64,000 nucleotides of DNA from Guillardia theta CCMP2712 (GCF_000315625.1 NW_005434579.1:92913-156912); one strand, 5' to 3'. Counted from the stretch's first letter, positions 26,501-44,115 are shown. The notes: generated from the sequence alone by a model not told the origin. A program made the numbers and translations.

Positions 26501-26586
26501 GCGAGCTTGCTTTAAACTCTTCCTATATCCTACCTGCATACCGAGTTGGCGTCTGTAGCTATATCGCTGAAGGAACTGAAACCTGA
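20507..26586 (+). CDS. Two SPRY/B30.2 domains + coiled coil + C-terminal PDZ (possibly two genes)
   Basis: SPRY1: FFEVTVIRSKGCIVVGLA..GDVIICGV..EIFFSRNG..LYPTVQ. SPRY2: TYFEVTIL..GWPGIRPNSYS..FAAGDIVGCGV..LFFTKNG..VAFNVGQRRFCFDF. PDZ: CGVGVMLI..VTSVVPG.SAAHVDGRIMAGDVLMAVDG..VVKKIVGGPGT.VNLTLSR. Confidence 0.75.
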
Positions 26587-26946
26587 TGCTTCAATGCTCG
26601 TCCTTGCTCATTGCAACACATCTTGACGAAAACTGAGAAAGTCTCGGTCTGGTCTTGTTTGTCATGCATTCGACGTTCGAACACAATCATATTGTCACAT
26701 GGGCATACTCAAAATGATCTACCGCTCTGTCGCTCAACGAGCGCTCGTCTAACGCCTCCTCTTTCAGAGCTTTTCTGATCTCTGATCGTCTTCAACAACC
26801 CTATGAGGAAGAGAGAGAGAATAGGTAGGAATTGCAGTAAGATCATGAAACACAAAAGTGCGATTGAACTCCCGCTGCTACTCCCGCGGGAGCACGTTAG
26901 CCTTGGAATGATCCAAGCATAAGGTCGCGGGCCGTCGAAGCAGGAG

Positions 26947-27209
26947 GACGCGGGCCGTGGCCTCGGGTCCTCCTCGGAGTCCTGCGGGAAGGAGGAGCCG
27001 TGAAGGAGGGAGCTGGAGGCGGTGGGTGACGACGGGGAGGAGGACGGAGACGAAGGGCGGCAGATCGAGGAGGCTGTAGAGGCCATGGTATGCCAAGCGC
27101 TTGGCCAGCAGGACTGGGAGTCAGCCGGGGAGAGGGGGGAGGGAGAGGAGGGAGGAGGGCATGGTTGAGGGAAGGGAGAAGTAGGGAAGGAGATAAAGAG
27201 GTATCGGGG
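26947..27209. repeat. Repeat module A, copy 1 (near-identical to 27862-28129)
   Basis: Direct repeat of about 265 bp, gacgcgggccgtggcc...gaggtatcgggg. Confidence 0.92.
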
Positions 27210-27524
27210 ACACGAGGGAAGTACATTTTATCGGACGCAGTGGTAAGTTGTAAATAGTCCAGCACGCGATCAGCGCCATCTACGCGTTTTGGATGAACTT
27301 TCAAAAGCAGTCTGGCTCGTTTGAGGTGGCGATCACTGATATGAGTGAGGGCCAGTGGTCAAGCTACATCATCCACACCTTGCCAGCAAAAGCAACATTA
27401 CAACCAGTTCCCCATGTCGTCTAGCGAGCAAGCGCAGGCAAAGATTTCTATCCCAGTCAGCGTTTGTGTCATATATATATATCCTTTACTGCACACTCCG
27501 TACGCCTGTCTCACTGGCATAGCG

Positions 27525-28082
27525 CTACATCGTGAGATCGTCGAAGTCCCGCTGCTCTCCTCCATGCATCATCGCCGCCTCGTGGTGCAGCTCCAGCCCG
27601 ACTTGTCTGTTCCGAAGCTCCCGCACTCGTCGCGCCTCCCGGCTCATGACCGTCTGCTGCTCGCCATGAGGCGCGGGGCGACCTTGACGGCGCCTGAGAG
27701 CTGCGCGCTCCCCTCGGCGGTACACGGAGGGGGCAGGGAGGGGCGTCGGGTAGTCGAAGGAGGAGGGGGCAGCAGAGGGGAAGGAGGAGCGGTGAGGGAG
27801 GGGCGAGGTAGAAAAAGGATGGCCCGAGGCTACAAGGATTATTTCAGGACTCATGCAAAAAGACGCGGGCCGTGGCCTCGGGTCCTCCTCGGAGTCCTGC
27901 GGGAAGGAGGAGCCGTGAAGGAGGGAGCTGGAGGCGGTGGGTGACGACGGGGAGGAGGACGGAGACGAAGGGCGGCAGATCGAGGAGGCTGTAGAGGCCA
28001 TGGTATGCCAGGCGCTTGGCCAGCAGGACTGGGAGTCAGCCGGGGAGAGGGGGGAGGGAGAGGAGGGGAGGGAGGAGGGCAT
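27525..28082 (-). CDS. Orphan Ser/Pro-rich ORF family, copy 1 (...RNRQVGLELHHEAAMMHGGEQRDFDDLTM*)
   Basis: Shares an ~85-aa C-terminus and stop position with 29076-29648(-) and 30764-31219(+). Confidence 0.4.
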   Translation of the reverse strand: MPSSLPSSPSPLSPADSQSCWPSAWHTMASTASSICRPSSPSSSPSSPTASSSLLHGSSFPQDSEEDPRPRPASFCMSPEIILVASGHPFSTSPLPHRSSFPSAAPSSFDYPTPLPAPSVYRRGERAALRRRQGRPAPHGEQQTVMSREARRVRELRNRQVGLELHHEAAMMHGGEQRDFDDLTM

Positions 28083-29075
28083 GGTTGAGGGAAGGGAGAA
28101 GTAGGGAAGGAGATAAAGAGGTATCGGGGCATTACCACAGGTAGAAGGCGCTGATCACATGCTGGACTATTTACTACAGGCACAGCATCACGTTATCCAC
28201 TCTTTAACACGTTCTGTTTCCCTAATTTCGGAATCATTCTCCGTACCCCTTGTATTCCCCTGTTCGAACACCCGTGCTTTCGTCTATCACTTTACACTCG
28301 TTATATTGCTATTAGTGCGGAAAATGTACTTATCGTGGCATTTCCGGCAAACGCATTGATGCCCCTTCAACAGAACAGTCGTGTGTGACATGAGCTCGTT
28401 TTCGCAGTCCGTGCTGGCTGACATGCAGTCCTCCTCTGCTCTCCCTCCGCTCCTCTCATCAGTTGTACTCTTCGGATCCCCTTGAGATCATCTCAGAGAG
28501 GCCGACGTAACCATCCTGATCATGCTGCCGCAGAATCTTTTCCGTCCAACCCTTGCCGAGCTCTAGCCGAGCTCTAGCCACCGAGCTCTAGCCGAGCTCA
28601 ATAATAGAGGACATAAAGGTGGGGACAACAAGGTTCAATGAGCGATGACGCTCCGAAACGTGCGGTCAGACTGTGAGCTTCAGGCGGACGTGGCAATGAA
28701 GAAGCAGAGGTCGAGAGAGGCTATGCAGAGGTCATTGTGGAGTATCTAGGAAGGAGCGACCGAGTATGAGAGGTTGTGGGTAGAAAACAAGGGGTGGGGT
28801 AAGGGGGGTGGGAGCTTGAATAAAATAGTTCAGTCTTTTGGAGCCGGACCGAAAGCCGCGAGATCTTGTCTTGCTAATTGTCTTGACTCAATCTGTAATC
28901 GGTTTCATAGCAGCGTTTCTGATTGAGCTTGCGGAAAGTGCCTGTAAAGCTCTGACAGAATATCAAGACAAATAAATCCAAATAATCCCTGACAAGATTC
29001 GGATAACAATCAGAATCAGAGTTGGCTAGGTGCAGGTATCACTTGGATCCTTTAATCAATGTACCCTCATCTCCT

Positions 29076-29648
29076 CTATAGCGTAAGCTCGTCGAAGTCC
29101 CGCTGCTCTCCTCCATACATCATCGCCGCCTCGTGGTGCAGCTCCAGCCCGACTTGTCTGTTCCGAAGCTCCCGCACTCGTCGCGCCTCCCGGCTCATGG
29201 CCGTCTGCTGCTCGCCTTGAGGCGCGGGGCGACCTTGACGGCGCCTGAGAGCTGCGCGCTCCCCTCGGCGGTACACGGAGGGGGCAGGGAGGGGCGTCGG
29301 GCAGTCGAAGGAGGAGGGGGCAGCAGAGGGGAAGGAGGAGCGGTGAGGGGAAGGCAGGGGAACGGATGTTTCATTGGAGTCTTGATTGTGGGGTGAGGAT
29401 CGAGCTGAGTTGGGGGACGCAGGTCGCGGCACGTTGTCGAGATCGGCCACTTGAGGGAAGGAGATTTCCAGGGAGCTAGAGGAGGCAGGGGAGGCTGCAG
29501 AAGATGAGCAAAGGGAGGATGAAGAGAGAGAAGGAGAAGGGGGGCAGCAAGTTGAGAGCAAAGTAGAAGCATCAATGGCCTCCAACTCGCTGAACCAGAG
29601 CGATGCGGAAGCTCGCGTGGTTGGCGAAGCAGGGCGTGAAAGGGGCAT
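29076..29648 (-). CDS. Orphan Ser/Pro-rich ORF family, copy 2
   Basis: Same C-terminal block, ending GGEQRDFDELTL*. Confidence 0.4.
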   Translation of the reverse strand: MPLSRPASPTTRASASLWFSELEAIDASTLLSTCCPPSPSLSSSSLCSSSAASPASSSSLEISFPQVADLDNVPRPASPNSARSSPHNQDSNETSVPLPSPHRSSFPSAAPSSFDCPTPLPAPSVYRRGERAALRRRQGRPAPQGEQQTAMSREARRVRELRNRQVGLELHHEAAMMYGGEQRDFDELTL

Positions 29649-30763
29649 GGAAGGGAGTGCGTGGGTGCTGAGATTTCCGCTGTGGCAGATAATGAAGCAG
29701 TTTTTGAATTTACTACAGGGTTCAGTTTCTGATCACGAGGCATGCTGACACATGAAAGCGACGGTCATGTGCTACGAACACGGAAAGAGTTATTCAGGTA
29801 GGGTGTAGTAAAGGCCGGCGCTTTCTGCTCTGCCATGGCGAACTTCTCCGTATCAAACTTGCAGCCGGCCATATGCTAATTTGACAGATCGATTGAAGAC
29901 TCACTTCAACAGCTAATGATCATCTCAGGCCCAGAAATTTGCGGTCAACACGTGAGCTTCTGTGGATGAAGAAGCGGAAGTCAAGAGAAACGTTGAAGAG
30001 GTCGTTCAGGAGTAACCTAGGAAGGGCACGAGAGCAGCCGGTTGTAGATAATGCAGGATGGAATAAATGCGTGGGAGATAGCAAATGAGAGCTAGACGAC
30101 TATGCCCATCGCCAAGGCGTTAGCACGTAGCGTGTGGCGGAAAATAAACTCGACGATGAAAGCAAGAATTCAATGAGTGTGGGAGAGTGAAATGCACGTA
30201 GAGCTTTCAAAAAGAACATGACGTGGATGCAAAGCTGACTACAAATCTCAGGCATCGATTAGTTTGGCTTGCCTTCATAAGAAATAACATTATGTATGAC
30301 ATATCTAAACTAGCTATATTTCTTGGACTGCCAATGAATTCTGAGTTGCAACGAAAAGTGATCCAAACCCTGCTGCTCTGCTTGATGCTGTGATGTATGA
30401 GAGACGGGAGTAACGATGAAATACAGGAAGCAAGTTGCCGTCAACGATGTTGGGTCGTTGGCTGTGGTCTTCGTGGAAGGAAGAACGCTCCGAGCTAGGT
30501 AGGCGACACGTTGGTCAATCATTACTACAGGAAGAAGTCGCTGTTCACGAGGCACGCTGACACATGAAATACAGATCTTTACAGGAGAGAGAATACGGTC
30601 CGTGATCATTTACATGAGACGACCCCAGCATGCATCTCTTGGTAAGTAGTAAAAGCCTGTATGAGACTTCCCATGTGATCAAGGAACTTGCTGACAACCT
30701 CCCTGTAGTAACGCCGAAACCCCCTTCATAATTCACAGTCCACCGCGGTCTTCCCTACGTGAG

Positions 30764-31219
30764 ATGTGCTCGTCCCATCCTTCCCCTGCGACCACCCCCA
30801 ACCCCACCCCCTCTGCCTCTCCTGCCGCCTCTAGCTCACTCTCCCACTCCTCCTTCCCTGAGATCGCCGACATCGACTCGAAGCAGCACCAGGCTTCCTC
30901 TCCCCATGAGTTGCCCTTACTCCTCGCTGGAGCCAGTCATCTTCCTTCCTTCTCCCTCCCCCCTCATCGCTCCTCCTTCCCCTCTGCTTCATCCTACTCC
31001 TTCGACTACTCGACGCCCCTCCCTGCCCCCTCTGTGTACCGCCGAGCGGAGCGCCGTCAAGGTCGCCCCGCGCCTCATGGCGAGCAGCAGACGGTCGTGA
31101 GCCGGGAGGCGCGACGAGTGCGGGAGCTTCGGAACAGACAAGTCGGGCTGGAGCTGCACCACGAGGCGGCGATGATGTATGGAGGAGAGCAGCGGGACTT
31201 CGACGAGCTGACGATGTAG
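30764..31219 (+). CDS. Orphan Ser/Pro-rich ORF family, copy 3 (inverted)
   Basis: Same block with an in-frame 12-nt deletion, ending GGEQRDFDELTM*. Confidence 0.4.
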   Translation: MCSSHPSPATTPNPTPSASPAASSSLSHSSFPEIADIDSKQHQASSPHELPLLLAGASHLPSFSLPPHRSSFPSASSYSFDYSTPLPAPSVYRRAERRQGRPAPHGEQQTVVSREARRVRELRNRQVGLELHHEAAMMYGGEQRDFDELTM

Positions 31220-31586
31220 AGAGGAGAAACAGGAAGTGTGACTCTGGAGTTGAAAGTTGTATTAAATTGTGATGTACATGACATCTGGCCATGGCAAGTC
31301 GCGCTCCCTTGTTCTGTACTTGCAAAAATTCTTCATATTCTCCATCTGTTCTCTTGCTCATTTCGTTATGATCGGCTCTCACATGGAGTTGAGAATAAGT
31401 ACTCTTTCAAGGTTCCCCTCTGCGTCCCACGATGAGCGATCAGACGAAACATGAGGTTTTCAATCAAGACAGAGATGCTGACAAGGGCGACTAGACCCGT
31501 TCCTTCCCTTCCACTTGCACCTTAGTTGTCAGCTCATCCGGCCAATCTTCCCGAAGAGGTCTCAAGACGGCCGAGCACATCAGGAG

Positions 31587-37209
<5,623 letters not shown>

Positions 37210-37989
37210 ATCCTTTATTGTCGATCTTGTGTGCCTTGACTATCTACATTGTGTTGCCTGCAAGGTTCCTTGGTCAAACAAGTTCACCATCGGTCTCATT
37301 TGTTTTCGTTGATTAACCGCCCGAACAACGTCCGAGGGTTCCGTCTTTGCTTCCTTCTTTTATGATTCCAATCACAAAATCATAATGTCATCATTGTATT
37401 GCATTTCCCTTCATCGTCTTTCATTCCTCTCTCCTTCTCCCAACTATGTCCACCATACGATCGCACCTACCCTCTTCATACTGTCTCCTAATCTTGAAAG
37501 GAAACAGATAGAGGGCGATGGATGAAGCCTACAATGTTCTGTACATGCATCTTGCTTCTATCCTCATCACTTTCTTCCATCCATCTTCTCCTCCTCGTCT
37601 CCCATCACTCCCCACCATACTCTTCACGTCCGGATACCCGCATGCCCACCAAAACGAGACTTTCGGCCCCAAGTTGCTGCCTTTCATGAAAATGCCTATG
37701 AAAGAGAGCAATTTTACTTTCTGCCTCAATACTTGCAATAGACTCTGAGGTGAGCTTGTTTGTACTAGAGAGAACAGAACTCCTTCAGAATCTACGGGGA
37801 TGTTGAAAGATGTCTTTTTGTATTTCAAAGTTGGGATTAGAACTTGAATCTCTACTCTCAAATCAATCAAGGGAGTAACTCCAGACTTCGATTGAAAAAA
37901 TTCGCTGTCTTTTGATTTTTTAGTAGAAAGTCCTGAGGCAGATGTTTGATTCATATGTGAAACATGATGACTAAACTTTTATGGTTGCT

Positions 37990-38560
37990 TTGAGGGGTAG
38001 TTTACTATTGAGATTGGGGGTCCATGAAAGGGGGTGGTAATCACAAGGACCCCCGAATGCAACCCTTCCACCCTGTACCCCTTCATTTCCGTACAAAAAT
38101 GCTCATTGCTCATTGGTAGGGGTAGTGTATGCAGGGGTAGGCGATAGCCCGTGCAGATCTCCTACCCCCATACCCCGTCCGGCCATGCCACCCTAATCTG
38201 CCTCTACTACCCACCCTGGTTTTGGTTGAAATCCTTGGTATTACCCCTACGATATTCCACCCACCCACTCAATAGAAAAGTCAAGGCGTCCATGGAAAAT
38301 AGTCTTTACATTCACCCTCCATTCTCATATCAGTGATCTAGTAAGGTCAAGGTGATCAAAATCCTAGGTCTATACATATTTAATTTGTTGCATCTACAAA
38401 ACCATGTTACTGGCTACTACCCTCAGTTATTGAAGACCCACCCCAATTGAGCACATACCCATCAGAAATGCCAACGATGCCAACCAGACTCCCATTGTTG
38501 TTGCCGTACCCCCGCACAAATCACCCCACCCTCGCCAAAATTCCACCCCACCCCTTGCAA
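37990..38560. other. GGGGT/ACCCC-rich island in a divergent intergenic region
   Basis: Repeated ggggtag, ctaccc, acccc and ccacccc words upstream of Snu114. Confidence 0.55.
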
Positions 38561-38588
38561 GTGGGCAGACACCGCGGCAACCAGCGGC

Positions 38589-41500
38589 ATGGAGGACGAA
38601 CTATACGACGAGTTCGGCAATTACATCGGACCTGAGGAAGAGGAGGACGATGATCAGGAGGAGGAGGAGGATGATCTCGAGAATGCCTACAGGTAACATG
38701 TGGAACATGATGGTGGGAGGAGAAGATTCTTGCGAGGATCGAGACAGAAAAAGAGGATCGTGGCGCAGGTGGTATGAGCGGGAAGGACATTGTGGAGAGA
38801 GGAACAAGCTAGTAGTTGACTTGATCATACAAGATGGGGGATTGATGTGATTTTGTTGTTGAGATGTTGGAAGAAGTGTGGGGAACAGAGGGCTAGCACG
38901 AGATTGTATGAGACAGGAAACACCGTCAGGGAGATTTCACAAGATTGCAGTCGGATTCTTCGATCTTTGCGACTTCTTTGAGATTTGAGCTTAGCGGAAT
39001 ACTTGAGACCCTGCCGTTTGAACTCGTCTCTAGCTGTTACCCATGATAATGCTTCCACATGCAAGATTAGACAGCAATATTTTATACACAGGAAGGGTAG
39101 AAGATTGGTTTTTTCGGTGTTGAACATCTTTGCTCATGAGCGTTTTCCAGATCTGGTCTTCCCCATGGACACGATGCAGAAGAAGATCTCATGGAAGAGG
39201 ATAAGGATGATGAGGGGCCAAGTCAAGCTGTGATTCTTCATGAGGACAAGAAGTATTATCCAGACGCTGAGCAGGTTTATCCCGAAGCAGAGACAACGGT
39301 TCAGGATGAAGACACTCAGGTGATAGAGACTATGCAGGCTCCTTGCGCTCAAGATTGAATCTTGTACTACAGCCCCTCGAGCAGCCTATTATTGCTCCTG
39401 TCCGAACCAAAAGCTTCGATTGCGTCGAGAAGAAGACCCCTGTGAATCCATACAGCCATGTTTACCTGCATCAGTTGTCGGGGAATCCAGCTCTCGTCCG
39501 CAACATCTGCGTGGCAGGGCATCTTCATCATGGTGAAGCTCGTTTTGATGCGCATCCAGCACTGATATCTTGTATGCAGGGAAAACCTCGTTGCTTGATG
39601 TGTTGGTGAGACAGACACATAACTTCGGAAAACTGCAGGTTTTGCTCTAGTGACTCCTCTCTTTGGCATTGAAGTAGATTTAGGAACACGAGTTTGAAAG
39701 AAAGTGGGATGGTTGCGAGGATCTGAGGTGAATGTTGCAGTACTTGTCGTCCAACATCAACTAAAAAGAAGTTCGTACTCAGGTACATGGATAGCCGAGT
39801 GGACGAGCAGAAGCGAAAGATTACGATCAAATCTCTCCCCATCAGTCTTCTGATGCCCTCAAGGTCAGAATCAATCTTTGTTTCTTCTTTCCAAAGTAAT
39901 CATACTTCAAAAGCGGCGGCAAGTCGTATGCTTTGAACTTCATGGACACCCCTGGACATGTTAATTTCATTGATGAGGTAAAAGCTTCGCTTATTTAGAC
40001 TGGAACCTGGCTTAAATGTTTTCTTCAGGTTGCAGCCTCTGTTGCTATTGCAGATGGAATGCTGCTTGTGGTGGATGCAGTTGAAGGAGTGATGCTGAAT
40101 ACAGTGAGAGTTTTCCCGTGGACCCATCAATCATTGGCTTAATGCATGACAGGAACGAGTAATTCAGCTTGCAGCTGCGCAGCGAATCCCTATTTGCTTG
40201 GTTCTCAACAAGATTGACCGCCTGGTCTGCAATGAGATACGTTGCAAAGAAATTGACTTGTGGTTCAGGTCCTGGAACTGAAATTGCCACCGGCTGATGC
40301 ATACTTCAAGCTTAAACATGTAAAAAATCGTGTGAGAGCTCCGTGATATCATGACTTTCTGTACAGGTTATCGAAGAAGTCAACACAATCTACACATCTT
40401 TCACAGGAAACAATGAGGAGATCCTGTCGCCGCATTTAGGTAGACTTCAGGCATTAAATTTTCCTTTCCTGACCATGTTTTGCAACCCATCTTACAGGAA
40501 ATGTCTGCTTCGCTTCTTCTCTGCAGGGCTACACCTTCACTTTGGAATCGTATGCGAGGTTGTATGCGGATACATATGGAGGCTTTCCTGCCAAAGAATT
40601 TGCCAAGGTAGACTTTGGATGTTTCCTGAGGTACGCTCATTATGATCTGGACAGAGGCTTTGGGGAGACTTCTGGTACAATGAAGAAACTCGCAAATTTC
40701 AGCGAACTCCTCCTGCCACTGGTGCACAGCGAACTTTCGTACAATTCCTTCTTGAGCCGCTCTACAAGTTGATGAGCCAGGTTGGTTAAAAGGATTGCGT
40801 TTGCAATTTATGAATGATCGGAACATTGCACAGGTCGTTGGTGAAGAGCCGAAGGAGTTGGACATGGTCCTGCAAGAGCTCAGCCTAAGTGTAAAGAGAT
40901 CACACTTGCAGAAGAGCGTCAAAGCGCTTCTTCGTAGTGTGATGAGTGCTTTCTTCGCGGACAATTCAGGACTTGTTGATATGGTGGTGAAAAGTATTCC
41001 GTCTCCCTTGGAGGCGACGGGCACAAAGGTGGAAACAAATTATACAGGAGCTTTTGATACCGACTTTGCCAAGTCTATCAAGCGGTGTTCAGCGGAGGGG
41101 CCGCTCGCGATCCACATTGTAAAATTGTATCATCAACCGGATTGTGTTGGGTTCAATGCGTACGGCAGAATCATCTCAGGTACAGTTTCTATTGGGGACA
41201 AAGTAAAGGTCCTAGGTGAAGGATACACTTTGGACGATGATGAAGACATGGTGGAGACGACTGTCACTGACATCTGGCTGCATGCTGGTCGGTATAAGAT
41301 ACCGATAGACCAAGCGACAGCAGGAATGTGGGTGCTGATTGGGGGCATTGACGATTCTATTATCAAGACAGCGACAGTGGTTCACTCAGAGGGACCAGAA
41401 GACGCATGCATCTTCCGTCCTCTTCAGCACAAGACAAAGTCAGTGGTGAAACTTGCGATCGAACCATTGAACCCGTCAGAGCTCCCCAAGATGCTTGACG

Positions 41501-42751
41501 GCTTGCGTAAAGTGAACAAGACTTATCCATTGCTCGGAACCAAAGTGGAGGAGTCTGGGGAGCATTTGATTCTGGGAACGGGAGAGCTGTACTTGGACTG
41601 CGTGATGCACGATTTGAGGTTTATGTATTCAGAAATCGAAATCAAGACAGCAGATCCCTCCGTCTCCTTCTGCGAAACTGTGATTGAGACTTCCTCGTTG
41701 AAGTGTTTCGCGGAAACGCCGAATAAGAAGAACAAGTTGACTTTGATTGCGGAGCCGCTTGAGAAGGGACTTGCTGAGGACATTGAGCTCGGAGAGATCC
41801 TCATGACTTGGGACAGGAAGCGACAAGCGAGTTTCCTCCAAAGCAAGTACGATTGGGATGTACTTGCTGCACGATCCGTGTGGGCGTTTGGACCTGACAT
41901 GAACGGGCCGAATGTTTTGGTTGATGATACCCTTCCATCGGAGGTAGACAAGCAGATGCTTGCTACCGTCAAGGATTCTGTGGTCCAGGGATTCCAATGG
42001 GGAACCAGGTGCGTTGTGATGGATCTTTGTTGCCTTTGCAGCTCACTGAACCACAGGGAGGGGCCCCTTTGTGATGAACCTATTCGAAATGTTAAATTCA
42101 AGATCTTAGATGCATCTGTGGATTCATCTCCCGTGCACAGAGGAAGCGGACAAATCATCCCCACTGGAAGGCGCGTCTGCTACTCCGCCTTTCTCATGGC
42201 CTCTCCGAGATTGATGGAACCTGTATTCTATGTCGAGATTCAAGCACCTGCGGACTGTCTGTCAGCCATCTACACAGTCTTGGCGAGACGACGTGGTCAC
42301 GTCGTACAGGACATTCCCAAGGCAGGTTCGCCACTCTACACCATCAAGGCTTACATCCCCGTCATGGACTCGTATGGCTTCGAGACGGACTTGCGCACCC
42401 ACACGCAGGGACAGGCTTTCTGTGTGCAGGTGAAGATGCGACTTGATGCCAAAGTTTTTCCCTCTGACGAGTGTGGCAGGTGTTCGATCACTGGGCCATC
42501 GTCCCCGGAGATCCTCTGGACAAGAGCATCGTCCTGAAGCCTCTAGAGCCCTCGCCCGCCCCCTACCTGGCGCGTGAGTTCATGGTGAAGACAAGGCGAA
42601 GGAAGGGAATGAGTGAGGACGTGTCGATCAACAAGTTTTTCGACGACCCTATGGTAATGCGCTGGACCAAATGTCTCTAACGGTCGGTAACGTCATTGTG
42701 CAGCTGCTGGAGCTCGCCCGACAGGACCAGGATCTGGCCTCCTACTTCTAG
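38589..42751 (+). CDS. EFTUD2: U5 snRNP 116-kDa GTPase (Snu114/EFTUD2)
   Basis: [16 protein letters not shown]; [10 protein letters not shown]; [14 protein letters not shown]; MDTPGHVNF; NKID; [22 protein letters not shown]; [26 protein letters not shown]; ends [12 protein letters not shown] (TAG 42749-42751). Confidence 0.98.
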
Positions 42752-43019
42752 ATGGAAGCGGAGGTGCAACGAGGTGCAGAGGAGTGGACATGGCTCTAGC
42801 GAGGGGAATCGCAACGAGTCGTGTGTGCTGAGAAAAAGGGAAGAGGTTATTCTGTTCGTTGGTGATGAGGCTCGAGAAAGAGGTTCTACCATGTGAAAGG
42901 AGGAGCGGAGGTGTGAAAGAAGCATCTTGAAGGATTTACTTGAAAATAATGATGGTCACCTGCTCTGCCCCTCTCAGTAGCCCTGCTGAGACATCTGCAC
43001 ACGAACTATGTACATCGCA

Positions 43020-43770
43020 GTCATGACCCCGGGCCATACTCGACCGAGGTTACTAGTTACAGTCAGGCGGCATCTGAGTCAAACTTGCAACGTCAGTGGG
43101 GCCGCCGCCGCCCGGACTTGAATTGCCACTGAATTCAATGATTTTGGTGGCAGCCAGCGGCTCCGAGGCTTGGCCCGGGGCGCCGGCAGCGCCGCCGGCG
43201 CCGAGTCCCGGAGCCAGAGGCTCCTGAGCGGCCGGCCGCGCGCCGCCGCGCGGGGCGGCCCCGATTGGGCCGGCCCGGCCGGAACCGTTGAACCGTCCGA
43301 CGCCGCGGGGGCCGCCGGGCATCATCAGGGGCCTCGGACAGTGACTCAGCATGACATGCCATCATCGGATGATGCGCCGGGCCGTCATCGTCGGATCATG
43401 GGCCGGCCAGCCGCGCCGCGGCGGCCGGGGGCGGCCCCGGCTGGGGGGCCCCCCGCCCGGCCCTCCCCCCCTTGCCCGGCAGGCTGGTCGAGGCTCAGTG
43501 CAGCCTGTCACTGCGGGCGCTGCGTGCTGAATGATCCGGGACTCGAGGAATCAGAATATCCGGGGCCGGTCAGTGAGTGCGGCCCCCCGGACCGTCATGA
43601 ACAGTGTCACTGTGCGCGGAAGCTCGCCGCACACGAGAGAGCTCTAAGGCTCGGCCTGTCTGCCGGGCTGCCAGTGCGACTCTGCCGCAGTGCCGGGCAG
43701 TACCGTAGACGGTACTAACGGTCCGACCGTACGGGCCGGGCCCAGCCCGGCTGGGCCGGGCCGGGCTCAG
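43020..43770. repeat. GC-rich palindromic-word island 4 (largest), followed by a GGGGT-rich tail to ~43945
   Basis: cggccggccgcgcgccgccgcgcggggcggcc, gtgactcag, cagtgtcactg, ccgtacgg and related words. Confidence 0.8.
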
Positions 43771-43999
43771 ATGGGAATGTGTGGGGATGAGGCCCGGACT
43801 TCGGATTTGAAGTTTGCCGTTTCAAAAAGGCGTGCTGGTTTACCGGGGGGTCCTCATTAGGACCTGAGGTATGATAAAGGGGTCCTTTTGAAGATGGAAT
43901 TGGGGGTGGTGGTTCGATGGGGTACGGGGGTAGGCGAACGTTTGGATTTTGATTGCCATGGTTGTTGAAAGTGAAGAACGAGGGAAGCTGAAGACACAA

Positions 44000-44115
44000 G
44001 AGGAGGAGCAGGAGGAGCAGGAGCAGGAGCAGGAGGAGCAGGAGGAGCAGGAGGAGCAGGAGCAGGAGGAGCAGGAGGAGCAGGAGGAGCAGGAGCAGGA
44101 GCAGGAGCAGGAGGA
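44000..44115. repeat. (GAGGAGCAG/GAGCAG)n repeat
   Basis: Visible tandem run. Confidence 0.9.

Noticed and set aside
27525-27680. Resemblance of 'RRVRELRNRQVGLELHHEAA' to the TnpB/Fanzor helix before RuvC-II
   Set aside because: No RuvC motifs, zinc finger or element ends nearby, and the ORF stops about 15 aa later. Probably coincidence unless an HMM search says otherwise.
28556-28598. (CCGAGCTCTAG)~4 short tandem
   Set aside because: Simple slippage repeat with no further structure.
43053-43718. Pro/Ala/Gly/Arg-rich ORFs in GC island 4, and similar ORFs in the other islands
   Set aside because: Stop-codon depletion at extreme GC explains them. No domains or splice structure.
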